NCBI RefSeq assembly: GCF_036321535.1
Contig: NC_087436.1
Coordinates: 65,598,001 to 65,662,000, forward strand
DNA from: Camelus dromedarius
Taxonomy: Eukaryota
Length of the DNA stretch: 64,000 nucleotides
Direction of reading: 5' to 3'
This document shows, in pieces, positions 1-12,641 of the stretch (its first letter is position 1; each line of letters opens with the position of its first letter). The notes under the pieces are model-generated. The model saw only the letters and a program-made list of their open reading frames with translations. It ran no database searches and was not told the origin of the DNA. The position numbers were made by a program, and so were the translations under genes.

Positions 1-1249
1 AAGTGATACCAAGAAATTTTACACTGTTCTGAGCTCTGTATTTTATTTGGGTTAATTATCCATCCTCTGCTGGGTATATGATTAATAAGTATTCTTAATT
101 ATTTCTTGGCTTAGTCTTCAGATTGAGACATCAACATTGTATAATTAATACAATGAATAACAGTACTTTCTGACTAAATCCAATATATAGCTCTTCTCAC
201 CATGTTGTGGCAATCAGCAAGAGAAATTAGATATTCTTGTGGTTAAACAGTGAATGCATATTAGAGCCAATCCAGATGAATGTAAATCAGTTTTAACTTT
301 GTTTTAAATAGGAAAAGAAGGTAAGAGCCAAACCAAGCAAGCTACGTCTTTTAGTTTGTGGCATATTTTGAATTGTTGATACCATATCGGTACAGCTGAT
401 GCTTTTGAAGTCACCACTTTATGCTATCCTCTATGACATAGTTATCTTTCAAAATTCATCAGCTTTTTAGGGGCCATGCTGGACTATTAAACAAGGAGTT
501 CTGTGATACTAATATATTTGCATCTAATAGTTCCTTTATTAAACCAGAATATTTATAGCCCCAGGTATCTTAGATTGTTTTAAATGAAGCACCTGAGTAC
601 ATTTAGATTATTAGAAGTGTTCCCATGTAGAGTGTCCAATCAGAACAATCTGAAAAGCAGAATTGCCCCTATCATTCCTTTTTCCTATATATTGGATAAG
701 GAAGAACTCCTCCATTTAGATATCACATTATAAATAAAACATTCTGGCAATGTTGAACCAATACTATACTCTAACTTTTCATTAGCAAGTTTATAAAGGA
801 CAGTACACTAACACCAGTTTCCAGCAACTGTAATACATTTTTTTTTCATCAGCCCCAGGCCATTGTACCCATCTCAATGTAAATGACCTTGGATCCCCTA
901 CTAAGGATTGTGCCAAGACCCTGGCCCTCTTGCCTTCAGAATCTTGATTCCCTCCCATTTTAACTGGCATTGACTCTGAAAGAATGGTAGACTCAGTTTT
1001 CTATAATCATCAGATTTTTAAAAACGAATCAAAGCCAAGATAAAGTAAGTGAATTTTTCATGGTCCTTTAACAAACTGAGTAGTTGGCTGGGCTTGATGA
1101 TTTAGTCTCTAATAGTCATCCATTAAAAGTTTAGTAGCCACTCCATCTATTTCTTCCCTTTTTTTTTAATGTCATTTTCAACTCCTGAGTAATAGTTTAA
1201 TTATCTCAGGGTTTTTCACACTTTTCCTTTCTCATTGCTCCCTTTCCTT

Positions 1250-1720
1250 TGCATAATCCTGAAAAAGTTCCCATTACTTAGCTCCATTTGGGGGCTTAAA
1301 ATCCCTAACAGCTTCCCACACATCATCTTTTCTCCTCAACAATAAAATCAATATGGGGCACAAATAATTAGAGTCCCTTTTATCAGTCCCTCCCCCCTTT
1401 TGGTGAGGGGAACAGAAATAGTGAAAATCTTAATATCATACAGAAAGTACACGTCATAGTGTTGTAGCTCTAGCTAGCTGCTGCTCTGTTACCATCACTT
1501 TCACTAGAACACATTAAAAAAATACAGCACATTCTTGTCTGAGTTCCCGTTCTTAAAAATTTGTTTTGTGATACATTTAACTATTCACCCTGCCTGGATA
1601 TGAACTTAATGTCTCATTTACAGTTTTCCTCTTGTCGATGGATGTAGTGTGTGCACAGCCTAAACCCAGCAATGGCCAGAAAGTCAACCTGGAAACAATG
1701 ATCCCTCCCCCTTGACTTTA
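1250..1720 (-). mobile_element. Highly decayed ERV-L-like internal (integrase-like) remnant
   Basis: Minus strand near 1630-1705 reads HCFQVDFL...TSIDK, resembling ERV-L integrase WQVDYI...TGIDT. Weak, no open frame. Confidence 0.3.
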
Positions 1721-1859
1721 TTTCTCCCAAACCTTGTCTTATCCATCATTATTTAAATTATTTTGGCAGGGATGGCTTCAAATATCCCACTTTCATTGCC
1801 AACTGCAAAGATTCCATAAATTTTGATCTTTAAAAATGTCTCAAAAGTTGTACACAACA

Positions 1860-2290
1860 TCTTCACATAAGGCTTATTTTAAAAGCAACAAAAAGAATAC
1901 AGGAAAGCAATGGGATTCAAAAGACAAGCAGGTGCAAGCTCTCAGAATCCTTATTCACACACAGATGTTCTTTGTCCCCAAATTGAACCACCAATAATTG
2001 TACAATGAATCTTGATTTCAGAAAAATTCAACACAGAATGGATTTGCCTGTTGGGTTTCTATGGTCCTCTGATCACATATTCAAGCCAGGCTGCCTAACC
2101 AGTTATACCAGCTGAAAACCATCAATGAAAAAACTGGTCCTGAAGTTCCTGATGTTGGTAGATAATGCCTAACAGAAGAGCACAACTGTGGTCCATCAGT
2201 ATCTGGGGGAGAGCCTGGCCTCAAGGAGGGGACCTGGGAAGCCACTTCAGTATTCACTACAAACAATTAGCATTTCTAGGGTATGTCTTG
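1860..2290. mobile_element. Decayed LTR fragment (MER21/MER77-like)
   Basis: CAGGTGCAAGCTCTCAGAATCCTTATTCACACACAGATGTTCTT and GGTTTCTATGGTCCTCTGATCACATA resemble MER21-group LTR motifs as recalled. Confidence 0.35.
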
Positions 2291-2334
2291 GTATCAACAT
2301 ATACTTCATCTTATTACAAAGTGAGAATAAAGAA

Positions 2335-2520
2335 GTTATTTGTTCAGTGCTTCCTATGTAGCAGATGCTATTATACTATGGGCTTTACACGCATTATCTC
2401 TGATCATAGCAAAATATTTATTAGTTTCATTTTCATATGAGGACACTAGGGCTCATAAACTCAGACTGGTAACTACTTGTCCTAGTCCACCCAGCTAGTT
2501 AAGTGGTGGAGCCAGCTGTG
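2335..2520 (-). mobile_element. MIR SINE fragment
   Basis: CATTTTCATATGAGGACACTAGGGCTCA...ACTTGTCCTAGTCCACCCAGCTAGTTAAGTGGTGGAGCCAG is the reverse complement of the MIR core. Confidence 0.8.
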
Positions 2521-3099
2521 TCATCATCGTCAGTCCATTTAACCCCCAGTTCACCACAGAGCAAGTGGAACACACAATCAGGATGCTTAGAAGAGAATTA
2601 ATGTTCTCTTCATTAATCAAACATCAATTTGATATTGCAAGACTCTTAGTCCTCAAAGAGGGATAAGATTATGTTCAGTAAACTGAGCTTCTTACGTAAG
2701 GAAAGATGCCCAAGAACAATTAATGAAATATTTAACAAGGATTGAGATGAAATAGAACCTCTGGTGGCCCAGAAGTGGCTGAGTAAATGAAGATTTTCAC
2801 TGTGCATTACAAATCAAAGACAATTAAATTGTTACCCTATCTTTAAAAACAAACAAACAAACAAATAAAACAAAAGACTAGTCCTGGGAAATTGCAAACT
2901 CATCAGGGAGGTTTGGACTTCAAATGGCACATCATAAAGTACCCTGCCTTTGCAACAGCCAAGAGTTAACAGCTGGATATTCAGGCTTCTCAGGATATAG
3001 TTTCCCTAGTCCAGCTGTGAATTCAATCTCTCTTAAAGAGAAAGACTAAAAAGTGTCTATATTAAAACCAAAGGTATTCTGTTTATCTAAGTATAGCAT

Positions 3100-4445
3100 A
3101 AAGGAAATGAACAGACGACCTAAAATAGACAGAATATCAGACATAAAACTAAAAAAGTAATAGCTTCCATTATATAACTAGGATGCCTACAAATACAAAA
3201 TCAATTTATGTAAAATATTTAAAAAAACTTAGATTATTCATTCAAGAGAAAACTTGAATAGCCATCAGGCATATAAAAAAGATGCTTACCATCATTAGAA
3301 GTAAACAAACTAAAAATCAAAGTAACTGGTAGAATTTTTCCCTATGTCTGTTTGATAAAACTTTTTAAAGCCTGAGAGTATCAATCATTGCCAAGCATTT
3401 AAAACAGTAAGAAATTTGCATCCGAGGCATAAATGTAAACTTATATTGAGTGGTGTAAATAATTTATGCCAATATTTTAGATGACAATGTGGTCTTTTTT
3501 AGTAAATTTAACAATACTTCTATTACTCAGCAATTCCACTTCTGGGCATATGAACTAGAGCAGTTTTTTTTTTTTAACTTAGTGATGACTTATAGTAAGA
3601 AATGCATTTAATATTATAACATTGTAAACCCATACATGCTTACAATTATTTGTGTCCATTACAAATAATTCTGTGTGTAACAAAAGGATAATAATATACT
3701 TCCACAATACTTATATGTGTATAAACAAAAGTTCAATGAAATAATATATGCCCTAACAATTTGAGATGAACAATGAAACTATTGCATGGTTTACTTTTTT
3801 CTGTTCATTTTTAATCCACCCCATTCCATTCACCAATGTAGGACATAACCTTCTACATTACCTTGGTGATCCTCTGAATTGTGGTGAGTCGGACTGGAAA
3901 ACACTACTCTATACAAGTGTATAGAATATGGTACTCCTATACATGTGTATGTAAGTGACATAGATAAGAATTTGAAATGAGCAATGCTTATTACAATGAA
4001 AATGGAAAAGAATCTTTCAAAACATAAATTATTATGCATACTAGTATACTATGTAGTAATGAAAATAAAATACCTGGAACTAAAATATATATAATAATAA
4101 ATACAAATTTCACATATATAATATCAAGCATAAAATAAAGTTGCTACAGTATGTAGAAAATATGATTCTATTTATAATTTTAAAATATGCAAAACTAATC
4201 AGTTTGTGTGTATATGTGAGATAGAGAGAGATCAATAAAAAACAAAGTAGTGATAAGCAGTGTATTTGATACACTGATTGTTCTCTGGTAAGAGCACACA
4301 GGTGGTTTCAAAGCATACTAGTCTGCTCCTAAATTTTGATATATATATATGTAACTGTTAAACTGACGTTCATTTTAACCTTACTATTAACATATGATTT
4401 ACATTTATCATCCTTGGTAGTCAATATTTAATAAAATAATTTTTG
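3100..4445 (+). mobile_element. Old L1 (L1ME-like) ORF2 end and 3' UTR, interrupted by a hAT MITE
   Basis: CATATAAAAAAGATGCTTACCATCATTAG and ACTCAGCAATTCCACTTCTGGGCATAT are L1 3'-region motifs. Confidence 0.7.
3561..3906. mobile_element. hAT-Charlie-type non-autonomous DNA transposon nested in L1ME
   Basis: Ends CAGTTTTTT... and ...GAAAACACTA resemble Charlie TIRs. Flanks AACTAGAG / CTCTATAC are a degenerate 8-bp NNCTAGAN target. Internal GTAAGAAATGCATTT and AAACAAAAGTTCAATGAAATAAT motifs. Confidence 0.55.
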
Positions 4446-4769
4446 AAGATATAATTTAAATATACATATATGAGTTTAAAGTAAATTTAAATGTATAAGC
4501 AATGACTGATCTAAAAGTCTACTACAAAGACTATCATTGGTCAGATACAAACGTGTTCTCCTCATTTAGACAATTAAAAGCATTCTGGCCTCAACATTAG
4601 TCTATTTTAGCTTCCTTTTTTTTTTTAATCAAAAGACACTATACTCCTTTATATATTCCTGAAAGAATGGAAATTGTTTTCAAATATATATTCTAGTACT
4701 ATGGTAAAATGTTTGGAGACAAATAAGGCTAGTAGAAAATATTTTTTTCTTTTCCTTATATGTATGCAA

Positions 4770-4945
4770 CAGCAATAACAATAACATTTATCATTTGCCA
4801 TATGTCTTTGGTATCTTAACTCATTTGATCCTTAAGAACTTTGTGAGAGAGAATTTATCTCCATTATGCAGAGAAGACAACTGAGGCACAGAACAGTTAA
4901 GTAAAGTAACCAAGCACACACCACAAGAAAATTGTGGAACAATGG
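4770..4945 (-). mobile_element. MIR SINE fragment
   Basis: ATCTCCATTATGCAGAGAAGACAACTGAGGCACAGAACAGTTAAGTAA matches the MIR core (reverse complement). Confidence 0.8.
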
Positions 4946-6329
4946 CTTGATTGACTTCAAATTTCAGTTTATGGAAAGAAAAAAAAACATAGGACACAAG
5001 TCCCAGGACTTCGTACGGTGCTAATAAAAAGTTAGAAACAACTGTAATTAAATTGTTTGATTGGTATTCATGACCAAATTATATATTTGCAGTATTTAAA
5101 TACTCTGTATTATTAAATATTCTAATGTGATATCCTTTAAACTGCCCCCATGCAAATATTTCTAATTTGACACTAACCATGTATATGTGCATGTCAATTT
5201 CATTATAGTATCATGTATATATATTTATCATATATATGTATATTTGTTGGTTTTCCTAATGAATGCAATGATATTCTTTCATGTTATTATATCCACTTTT
5301 GTGCACTTTTCTGATGTATTTCAAATAGTTAATATATGCTTTTAAAAAAATCTTTATTTTTTAATGCCATATGTCCAACCTTATAAATAAATGTGTTCCA
5401 CAACAAAGATTTCTCAATGGCTCAGCCCATAGCATAGGAAGATCATGCATACATTTAAGTCACATTTTATAATACAAAGTTATCACAAAACTATATATTT
5501 GAAGTCAGACTGTGGAACATATAAGGTTAAAATCATGGATTTCAGTAGGCAAGAGGAAAAAACTGCCCTGTGAAAACAAAAGAAATATCCTGTTGCTTCC
5601 TGAATATTTGCATGTGAAAATGAAACCACAGATTTCTCCTCAAGAATTTCCTGTCATCTCAAGTTAAATGAAGGTGAAATATACATGAAGGTGAAATGCA
5701 GGTGCATGTGTATGTGTATTTGTGATTCAAATTAGCATCGATATTAGTTTTTGTCAATTGCATTTTGTGTTTGTATGAATGGCTATCTGTGGCATCTGTT
5801 GTGGGACCAATGAGAATAGGAACCTGGCGAGTCAAGCTTTTTGACTTTTGTTGTTCTGGATGTGTGTGCTTATGTTCTGTCATTCCACAGAATGAGAAGT
5901 TTCTTTTAAGCAGAACAGACTCTGCTGCTTTGGGAGTTTTACTGTCTTGTATAACTTTTAAAGTCATTTCATGAAAAGATTCTTCTGGAAAGAAAAATTT
6001 TAATAGATACTATGCCGAGTAAAAGAAGTGGTTCTTACTATAACTCAGCTTTTGAACAATATTGAACAAATCAAATTTCTACCACGTAAAATATTTTAAT
6101 TGTAAAATGAGAGACATCTCTATCTTTTTCTCTCTCTACCATTCACTACACCATGAATATATTGGAAAATGCAATACATGTCCATCACCTACCCCCTTGT
6201 TGAGCTATCCTTCTTCTTAATTAGAGTACATTATCTAAAAGAAACTCTAGAATTCAAAACAAAAATCTGTAAGATATTACTTGTAAGTTTAATAAAAGAG
6301 TTCATGGAGTCCATAGACTGAATGTTCTA

Positions 6330-6810
6330 CTCTTTATTCCAACATTTAGTTGTCAGATTCTGGGAGTATTTTCTTATGACCATTGTCCCCAGATCCAGAG
6401 ATATTCAAGTTTCCTGATTGCTGGAGCTACCAGATTCTGCTAGGTACAGCCTCATTAACTAACCTCTCATTTCTAATTTATTCTTGGGTGGATTTACCTA
6501 TGTCTGTTCCACAACTACCGTGCCTCCTGAGATACCTAAACCCTCTAATTCTCGATCTTCTCTGAACCTGTTCAGGATAAATTGCCTTGAGTCGTAAGAT
6601 ATCTACTGTGGCCAGCATTTAGGTTTCATCTTTTTCTACTCTTCTACGTTGAGTTACTGATTCTTCCTTTTAATTTTACCCTTTAAAAACTGTATTGATA
6701 TCTCTCATCACCTATTGTCCCTTTCATTCTCTTTGTCCCTTAGAGTGAAATTCAGAAGGAAGAGGAGGTACAAGCATGTATTAATTTTCCATGTTTAATT
6801 AGAAGTCTGA
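6330..6810 (-). mobile_element. Ancient L1ME/HAL1-type 5' end
   Basis: Ends in GAGGAGGTACAAGCATGTATTAATTTTCCATGTTTAATTAGAAGTC, the reverse complement of a GACTTC...AAACATGG old-L1 5' terminus. Confidence 0.5.
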
Positions 6811-7067
6811 ACATGTTATTCCATGTTACTGGTATCCATTAGCCATAGATTTAAAACCTACAGAAAGGTTGTTAAAATTTCTACTACTATGTAGAACAAT
6901 GCAACATAAATTTTAGCCTTTCTATGTTGGTGCAAGAGTTATAACAGAATGAAGATTATAGCAGTGTTCATTTCTTTAAACATTTGATATACTGAATGAG
7001 CAACGTGTGGTCCTCGTTGACTGAAATTCTGATAGACCCATATTGCTGGAACCAAAGCTTCTGTAAT

Positions 7068-7130
7068 AGCATTTATTGTTTGCGGACTTCGTAATGATGG
7101 CCATTCTGACTGGTGTAAGGTGTTATTTCA
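7068..7130 (-). mobile_element. 63-bp isolated internal L1 ORF2 fragment
   Basis: AGCATTTATTGTTTGCGGACTTCGTAATGATGGCCATTCTGACTGGTGTAAGGTGTTATTTCA is the reverse complement of the ORF2 C-terminal region also seen at 49029-49089. Confidence 0.8.
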
Positions 7131-7299
7131 ATAAGCATACTATACGCTTCCTGCTATTTCATAACCCATATTATTGGCAGAATGATACTTTCTATAATAC
7201 GTCAATGTCCTGAATAAAATATTTCCTTTGCTTCCCATTCAAAAAGATAAGTGGAATTCAAATTCCTTCAGGTAGAGGGAAGAAGCTTGCACAATTTGG

Positions 7300-7785
7300 C
7301 TATTTGCCTTCACCAAACGTTTCAAATTCATTTGCTTTTACTGCAACCCCCACTCTGTGTGCTCAAGGCACAATGTTACAACTACTTCGCTCATGTAATA
7401 TCCCAAGCACTTTCCTAACTGAAAATCTCAATTCTTATTGTTTTCTCAGTCTAGAACACTCCTCCAATCCTCTTGCTATTTTTCATACTGTTTATACTTT
7501 AGGATTCTATAATAATACTTCTTCAGAGAACCGTAACTGGTGCTTTCCCACTAAATCAGCCCTCATTGCCATATGTCTTTATCATACTTTTTTCTTTTTC
7601 TTCATGGTACGTCTCAGAGTCTGTAATGATATAATTATTAGTGTGATTATTTATTTATGGTTATTTCTCCCACTGGACTGTGAATTTTCAGGGGGAAGTG
7701 ATCTTTGCTCATCCTTGTACTTCCTGTAATCTCTCAGTGCCTGGCACTTAATAGGTACTTGACTATATATGAAATAATAATAATA
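7300..7785 (+). mobile_element. L2 LINE 3' end
   Basis: CTCCCACTGGACTGTGAATTTTCAGGGGGAAG...CAGTGCCTGGCACTTAATAGGTACTTGA is an L2 3' terminus. Confidence 0.75.
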
Positions 7786-7804
7786 AACATATAAATATAA
7801 CATC

Positions 7805-7990
7805 ACTTGGATGATACACACACCTCTGGGTAGTTACTGTGTGCCAGGCCCACATACTAGATTCTGCTGGTACAAATATATAAAGTAGAGTTGCTCTTCT
7901 GCTAGAACATACAGTCTGACAATTAGGACAAGCATATAATCAAACAAATGTACAAACCTGTATTTTAAAGAATGAAAAATTGAGTGACTA
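7805..7990 (-). mobile_element. L2 LINE 3' end, tail-to-tail with the previous copy
   Basis: TACTGTGTGCCAGGCCC...GCTCTTCTGCTAGAACATACAGTCTGA, L2 terminus on the minus strand. Confidence 0.6.
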
Positions 7991-8213
7991 CACTGTTTGA
8001 TGGTACCATGGCATTTATAGGCACATGAGCTCCCTTTGGAAGAATGGGTCAGTCAGTGTTTGTTAATTTAAGATGAGGGAAGTAGCAAAGAGCTTATAAC
8101 TGCCACCGTGAGAAGCTCCACAGAAAAAGGAGTGAGGAAGATGTGTGCAATTGAATTTTACCCTGTAATTATAGGAACCCAATTAAAAAATTAAGGCAAA
8201 GACTTGATGAGTT

Positions 8214-8217
<4 letters not shown>

Positions 8218-8246
<29 letters not shown>
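8218..8246. repeat. (TG)n microsatellite
   Basis: About 14 perfect TG units. Confidence 0.95.
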
Positions 8247-8248
<2 letters not shown>

Positions 8249-8299
8249 GAAAGACCATTTGAAAACAGGATGAAGTCTTCCTAATTAAAGGTTGGTCCA

Positions 8300-8422
8300 C
8301 AGTCAGCGACACAAGCATCTCTTGGGAGTTGGACAGGAGACTCTCAGGCCTGTCCAGAATTACTGTATTGGAATCCACATTTTAGGTGACTTTTATACAC
8401 TTCTAAAGCTGGAGAAGCACTG
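8300..8422. mobile_element. MER5-like hAT-Charlie fragment
   Basis: GGAATCCACATTTTAGGTGACTTTTATACACTTCTAAAGCTGGAGAAGCACTG matches the MER5 terminal region. Confidence 0.6.
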
Positions 8423-8719
8423 CTATATAGGATGGGCTAGAGGGAAGAGAAGATTGGAATTGAGGGCAGTTGGAAGAGGGGTTATTTCAAAAGCCCAGAG
8501 TCTTGATGATAACCAAGAGTAAAACAGGAGCATTCCTAGTCCAAAGAAAGGTCTAAATTTAAGTATACGTGAAATGCAATCTTTCCAAATTAGTCCATGT
8601 CCAAGGATCCCATGTTATTCCACTCTGGTGGATTAGAATATTGTTCAGCAAGTTTCACTCTCTATTCTCTTCTCCCACCTCCATGGAAGAAAATGCTGAA
8701 GAAAAGACTTACCTTACCA

Positions 8720-8985
8720 ATATTGATGCTTCTGTTTTATTGCTGGTTATCACCCTCATGTTTGTCCCTTGACTTTTGTCTTGATCATGCTATGTTTTGG
8801 GCAATGGGATATTAGCCAACACGGAACAAGCAGATAATTTCAATATATTTGCATGTTGAGCATTTTCCTTCTTTTCCTTCTGCCACTTTCAAGAGAAAAA
8901 CATGCACTGGGTGACCAGCTAGGATGAGAGTCACATAAAGGTGACCTGACTGAATAATGCTTTTCAAACATACTACAGCTATTCT
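8720..8985 (+). mobile_element. MaLR LTR fragment (MLT1H/I-like)
   Basis: CTTGACTTTTGTCTTGATCATGCTATGTTTTGGGCAATGGGATATTAGC...CTTCTGCCACTTTCAAGAGAAAAACATGC. Confidence 0.7.
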
Positions 8986-8989
8986 TAGA

Positions 8990-9340
8990 TGTTTCTTATT
9001 TCATATATACTTTCAGATCATCTACCTCAGTAACAACAGCAGCAACAACAAAAAACTGTTGAACTACTGAATGAATAACATGAATTGCATTAATTTGGGA
9101 ATACTGGAATTTTTATATTAAGTTTTCCCATCTAAGAACATCTGATTTTATGCCCTTGGAAGATTTTATATTTTGAATATGTGCCACGTAACATTTTTAT
9201 AAAGCTTACTACAAAGATTTTACAATTTTATTGATACCATATATGTGATACTTTGCTTTCCTAGGTATTTTATTTTAGTACAAATAGAGAAAAGCAGTTG
9301 ATTTAAAAATATTCCTGTATTCACTTTGCTGAATTGGTCT
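8990..9340 (-). mobile_element. Old L1 ORF2 fragment
   Basis: TTAATTTGGGAATACTGGAATTTTTATATTAAGTTTTCCCATCTAAGAACAT and ATAGAGAAAAGCAGTTGATTT, antisense ORF2. Confidence 0.6.
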
Positions 9341-9419
9341 TGTTTCTCTAGGGAATCATGGTTAATACAAAGAGGAAGCAATTTTCTTCTTAAATTTTCT
9401 ATTTTTCTAAGTGTAAAGA

Positions 9420-9850
9420 ATTTTGTTTTATTATTTCTCATGATTTCTAGGGCTCAGGAATTTAGAATGGGCTTAACTAAGCCATTCCCACTCAGGTTGT
9501 CTCATGTGGCTGGAGCTGGAATAGCAGGTGCCTGCAGTAGATGGGAGCTGGCCCTGCCTGGTTGTCTCTATCTCTTCGTGTAGTTTCAATGATTTCCCAT
9601 GTGGTTGTTCCATTTGTGGTGCTTACAGAGCAGTCAGACAATTCACATGAAGACGCAGGGCTACAGTAAAAGGAATCCAGAGAGACAGGTTGAAGTGGCA
9701 CAGGATCTACATCTAGAAGGCAGCTGTATCACTTCCACTATACACAGCTGTCAATAGCCATTAAGGTTGGCACAGTTGCAAAAGGACTAGAAATGGGATC
9801 AATATAATTTACATATATATAATCACTGGAGTTTTAAATCTGCTGTTGGA
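9420..9850 (-). mobile_element. MaLR LTR (MLT1G/H-like)
   Basis: TTATTTCTCATGATTTCTAGGGCTCAGGAATTTAGAATGGGCTTAACT...CTCATGTGGCTG...TCACTTCCACTATA. Confidence 0.7.
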
Positions 9851-10029
9851 GAAAGAGTGATCATGTATTCATTTGCACACAAGTTAGTTAAAATGTGTTA
9901 GGCACATACATTGTTTTATCATTATGGTTTACAAGTTTGACAGAGAGAGAACAGAATTTACAGATACCAATAAAGAGGTACACTGTATAATATTTTTTTC
10001 AACTGTTAAATTCTCCTTTTTATAATCTT

Positions 10030-10415
10030 TCCTGTAGAGCAAGATAGAGCATTAGTCTCTAGGATGTTTTCTGAGCAGAGTTAAAATTATGATTCTGCCA
10101 ATGAGAGATATTTGCAGAAGATTTGGAAGACAGAATAGAAATTAAAATTATTCTTAGATCAGAGCTGAAGACAATTTCAGGGGAACTTGGCAAAGTGTGA
10201 GTTTGCAGTGGCTTCTGGCAAACAATACCAAATCACTTCTGTGTTACAGTGTGGGGAGAATCATCACTCTGGATTTCCCAAGATAATTCAGGACCTTTAC
10301 TCTTCAGTCTACCAACCATTACAAAAGCCTCTGATGCCCTGTATTAAACCCCTTATTACTGGGAATATTTAAAATAATTTTCAATTTTTCTGATAAAACT
10401 TTCTCTAATTAAACA
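10030..10415 (+). mobile_element. ERV-L LTR16-like LTR fragment
   Basis: GATTCTGCCAATGAGAGATATTTGCAGAAGATTTGGAAG and CCCTGTATTAAACCCCTT poly(A) region, ends ...CTAATTAAACA. Confidence 0.65.
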
Positions 10416-12014
10416 CAGAAACAACATACTTCAGAAAATGGTAGCAGCATTTACCATTTATGAAGATTATCAGTGATATTTTCCATTGACTTCTTTGCAG
10501 GTCTACTTGAAAGGCCAGGGAGCACACATTTAGCCCATAATAAAGTAACGACAGAAAAAAATACACATATAAGATAAACTCATCTAAATCTCAACATTTT
10601 TGTCTATCTATGTATAATCTATCTACCTATCAACACAACTTCCCTTACCTGTAGTCCTTTTAGTCTTTTTCCCACATGCCTCTCTTTGTCTAAATGAATA
10701 TATATGTGAATTCTTGGTTAAGTAAATTTTAATCTAGCTTTATATAATTAAGGCATATTTATTTCTCATATTAGTCTTGAAATATTTACATTTAGTATTC
10801 TTAATATGAAAGATAGACACACAAAAACTTTTTTCTGAAAGGACAAACTATGTGCCTTCTATAGATTCAAAGTACATAATGGAGTATTAAAGGTTGTGAG
10901 AATCTTTTATCAAATATTCCATAACTATATTTAAGCGGATATCCCTAATTCTTCTTGATAAAAGAAATTCTGCTAAACTCTTCATCCTAGAAAAGGCTGA
11001 CACAGATGTTTGATCAGAGCTGTCAAGCATTCTAAGTTATTAGCAGAACAGATTAATTTATTTTCAGTTTTTTTTAACAACTTACACTGATATCAATACT
11101 ACCCAAAGTCATCACATAATCACTGTGCTGTGAAAATAAAGTCAAACACATCATTAAATATGTTGATCAGACACCCTTAGTGTGAAAGGGGAGAAGTATT
11201 ATAGAGAGACCAGCTGTTTTCTCAGGAAGAGAGAGATGAACAAAAGAAGGAGCAAGAAGAGAGAGAGAGAGCATGAGGGAGCACCAGAGTGAGAGAGCAA
11301 TAGAGAGAGAAAAGCAGGTCTATTTATGGAACATGTGGCATTCCCAGGAGGAAATGAAAACATATCCCAATATGTAAGTATTCTAATATGTGTATGCATC
11401 CTAATAAAATCAGCATTTACATTGCACGTATACAATGTTACTTTTATATCAAAGAAAATTCCTGAGAACCAAATGAAGTCATTTAAGTATACAATTTCAT
11501 AACATATTCAGAGTCTCATATTTTTATAGACTTGCTTCTTTAACTGCCCAAGATTCATTAGTTTATAATTCTGCTACTCATTTTCATCAACGTTTGAATT
11601 CTCAATTGAGATGTGATATTTCACTCCTGCTACTATGTCAATCTGGAACCTTTTCCAAAATATATTAAATTTAAATTAAAAAGCCTTACTGAATAAAATA
11701 ATTTATAGCATATTAATTAGTTTCAAATTAACATTAAATGGTCTTTGTCTTTTTCAGATAATAATAACTGAGACTTCTTTGCTCAGGTTTTTAAAAATCA
11801 AAATTATCCCTGTACTTCAAAACCAGGACAGGAAGGAGGAATGTTAATGAAGTGTTACTATATGGAATAAAATCTTCTCTATGGGAGAAAAATTATGTTA
11901 GGGTCCTTTGCTAATTTGATGTACCCAACATTAAAGAGCAGTTCCTTGAGGATATCTGACAGATCAGATGCTTTTCAGTTGAAACTGCTGGCACCCATTC
12001 TCTGGGCCTTCAGG

Positions 12015-12142
12015 ATTCTGGAGGCTAGACATCCAAGACCAAGATGTCAGCAAGTTTAGTTTCCCCTGAAGCCCGTCTTTTCTTGGCTTGCAGACACTGC
12101 TTTCTTGGTATAGCCTCATATAGTTGTTCCTCTATGCACACT
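12015..12142 (-). mobile_element. MaLR LTR fragment (MLT1A/B-like)
   Basis: TTCTGGAGGCTAGACATCCAAGACCAAGATGTCAGCAAGTTTAGTTTCCCCTGAAGCC...CTTGGCTTGCAGA. Confidence 0.75.
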
Positions 12143-12641
12143 TTTGTTGTTGTTGTTCTGTTTTGTTATTTTTCTATTTTATTAATTAAAAAGGAAAGTT
12201 TCTAGCCAAAATCCATAAATCAATGACAGAAAAATAAAAAGGGAGAAATCTCCGAACTCTATGATAAAAACCTGGGAGTGCAGACAAGGTATGTGTATAT
12301 TGCTGGGGAGCAGGGACAGATGGATGACCTGCCATCAGGGATAAGGTGAAGGCGTGGGAGATGCTGAAGTTGTCCTTAGTAGTGAAAGAATACCACAACT
12401 CTCATTGTTTCATACTTTCTATAAACATTCTTAAATGCTCTAAGAATGTAAAAGTTTTTGTGAGGCTTCCAAAATTTTTAGAGTTTGGAGTAGTAATGAA
12501 CTTACAAAATGGTAATTAAAAATGAACAACACATTTTCTTCTAAATCATCATTAAAATATTCTTCTTGCTCAAATGCTTTTGAATTAAAGGAATAAATAA
12601 AAATAATACCATGTGAAGAAATCTAAACCATGGAGAACTAG

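Noticed and set aside
11200..11320. GA-rich purine tract as a regulatory or triplex element
   Set aside because: Degenerate low-complexity sequence with no independent support.
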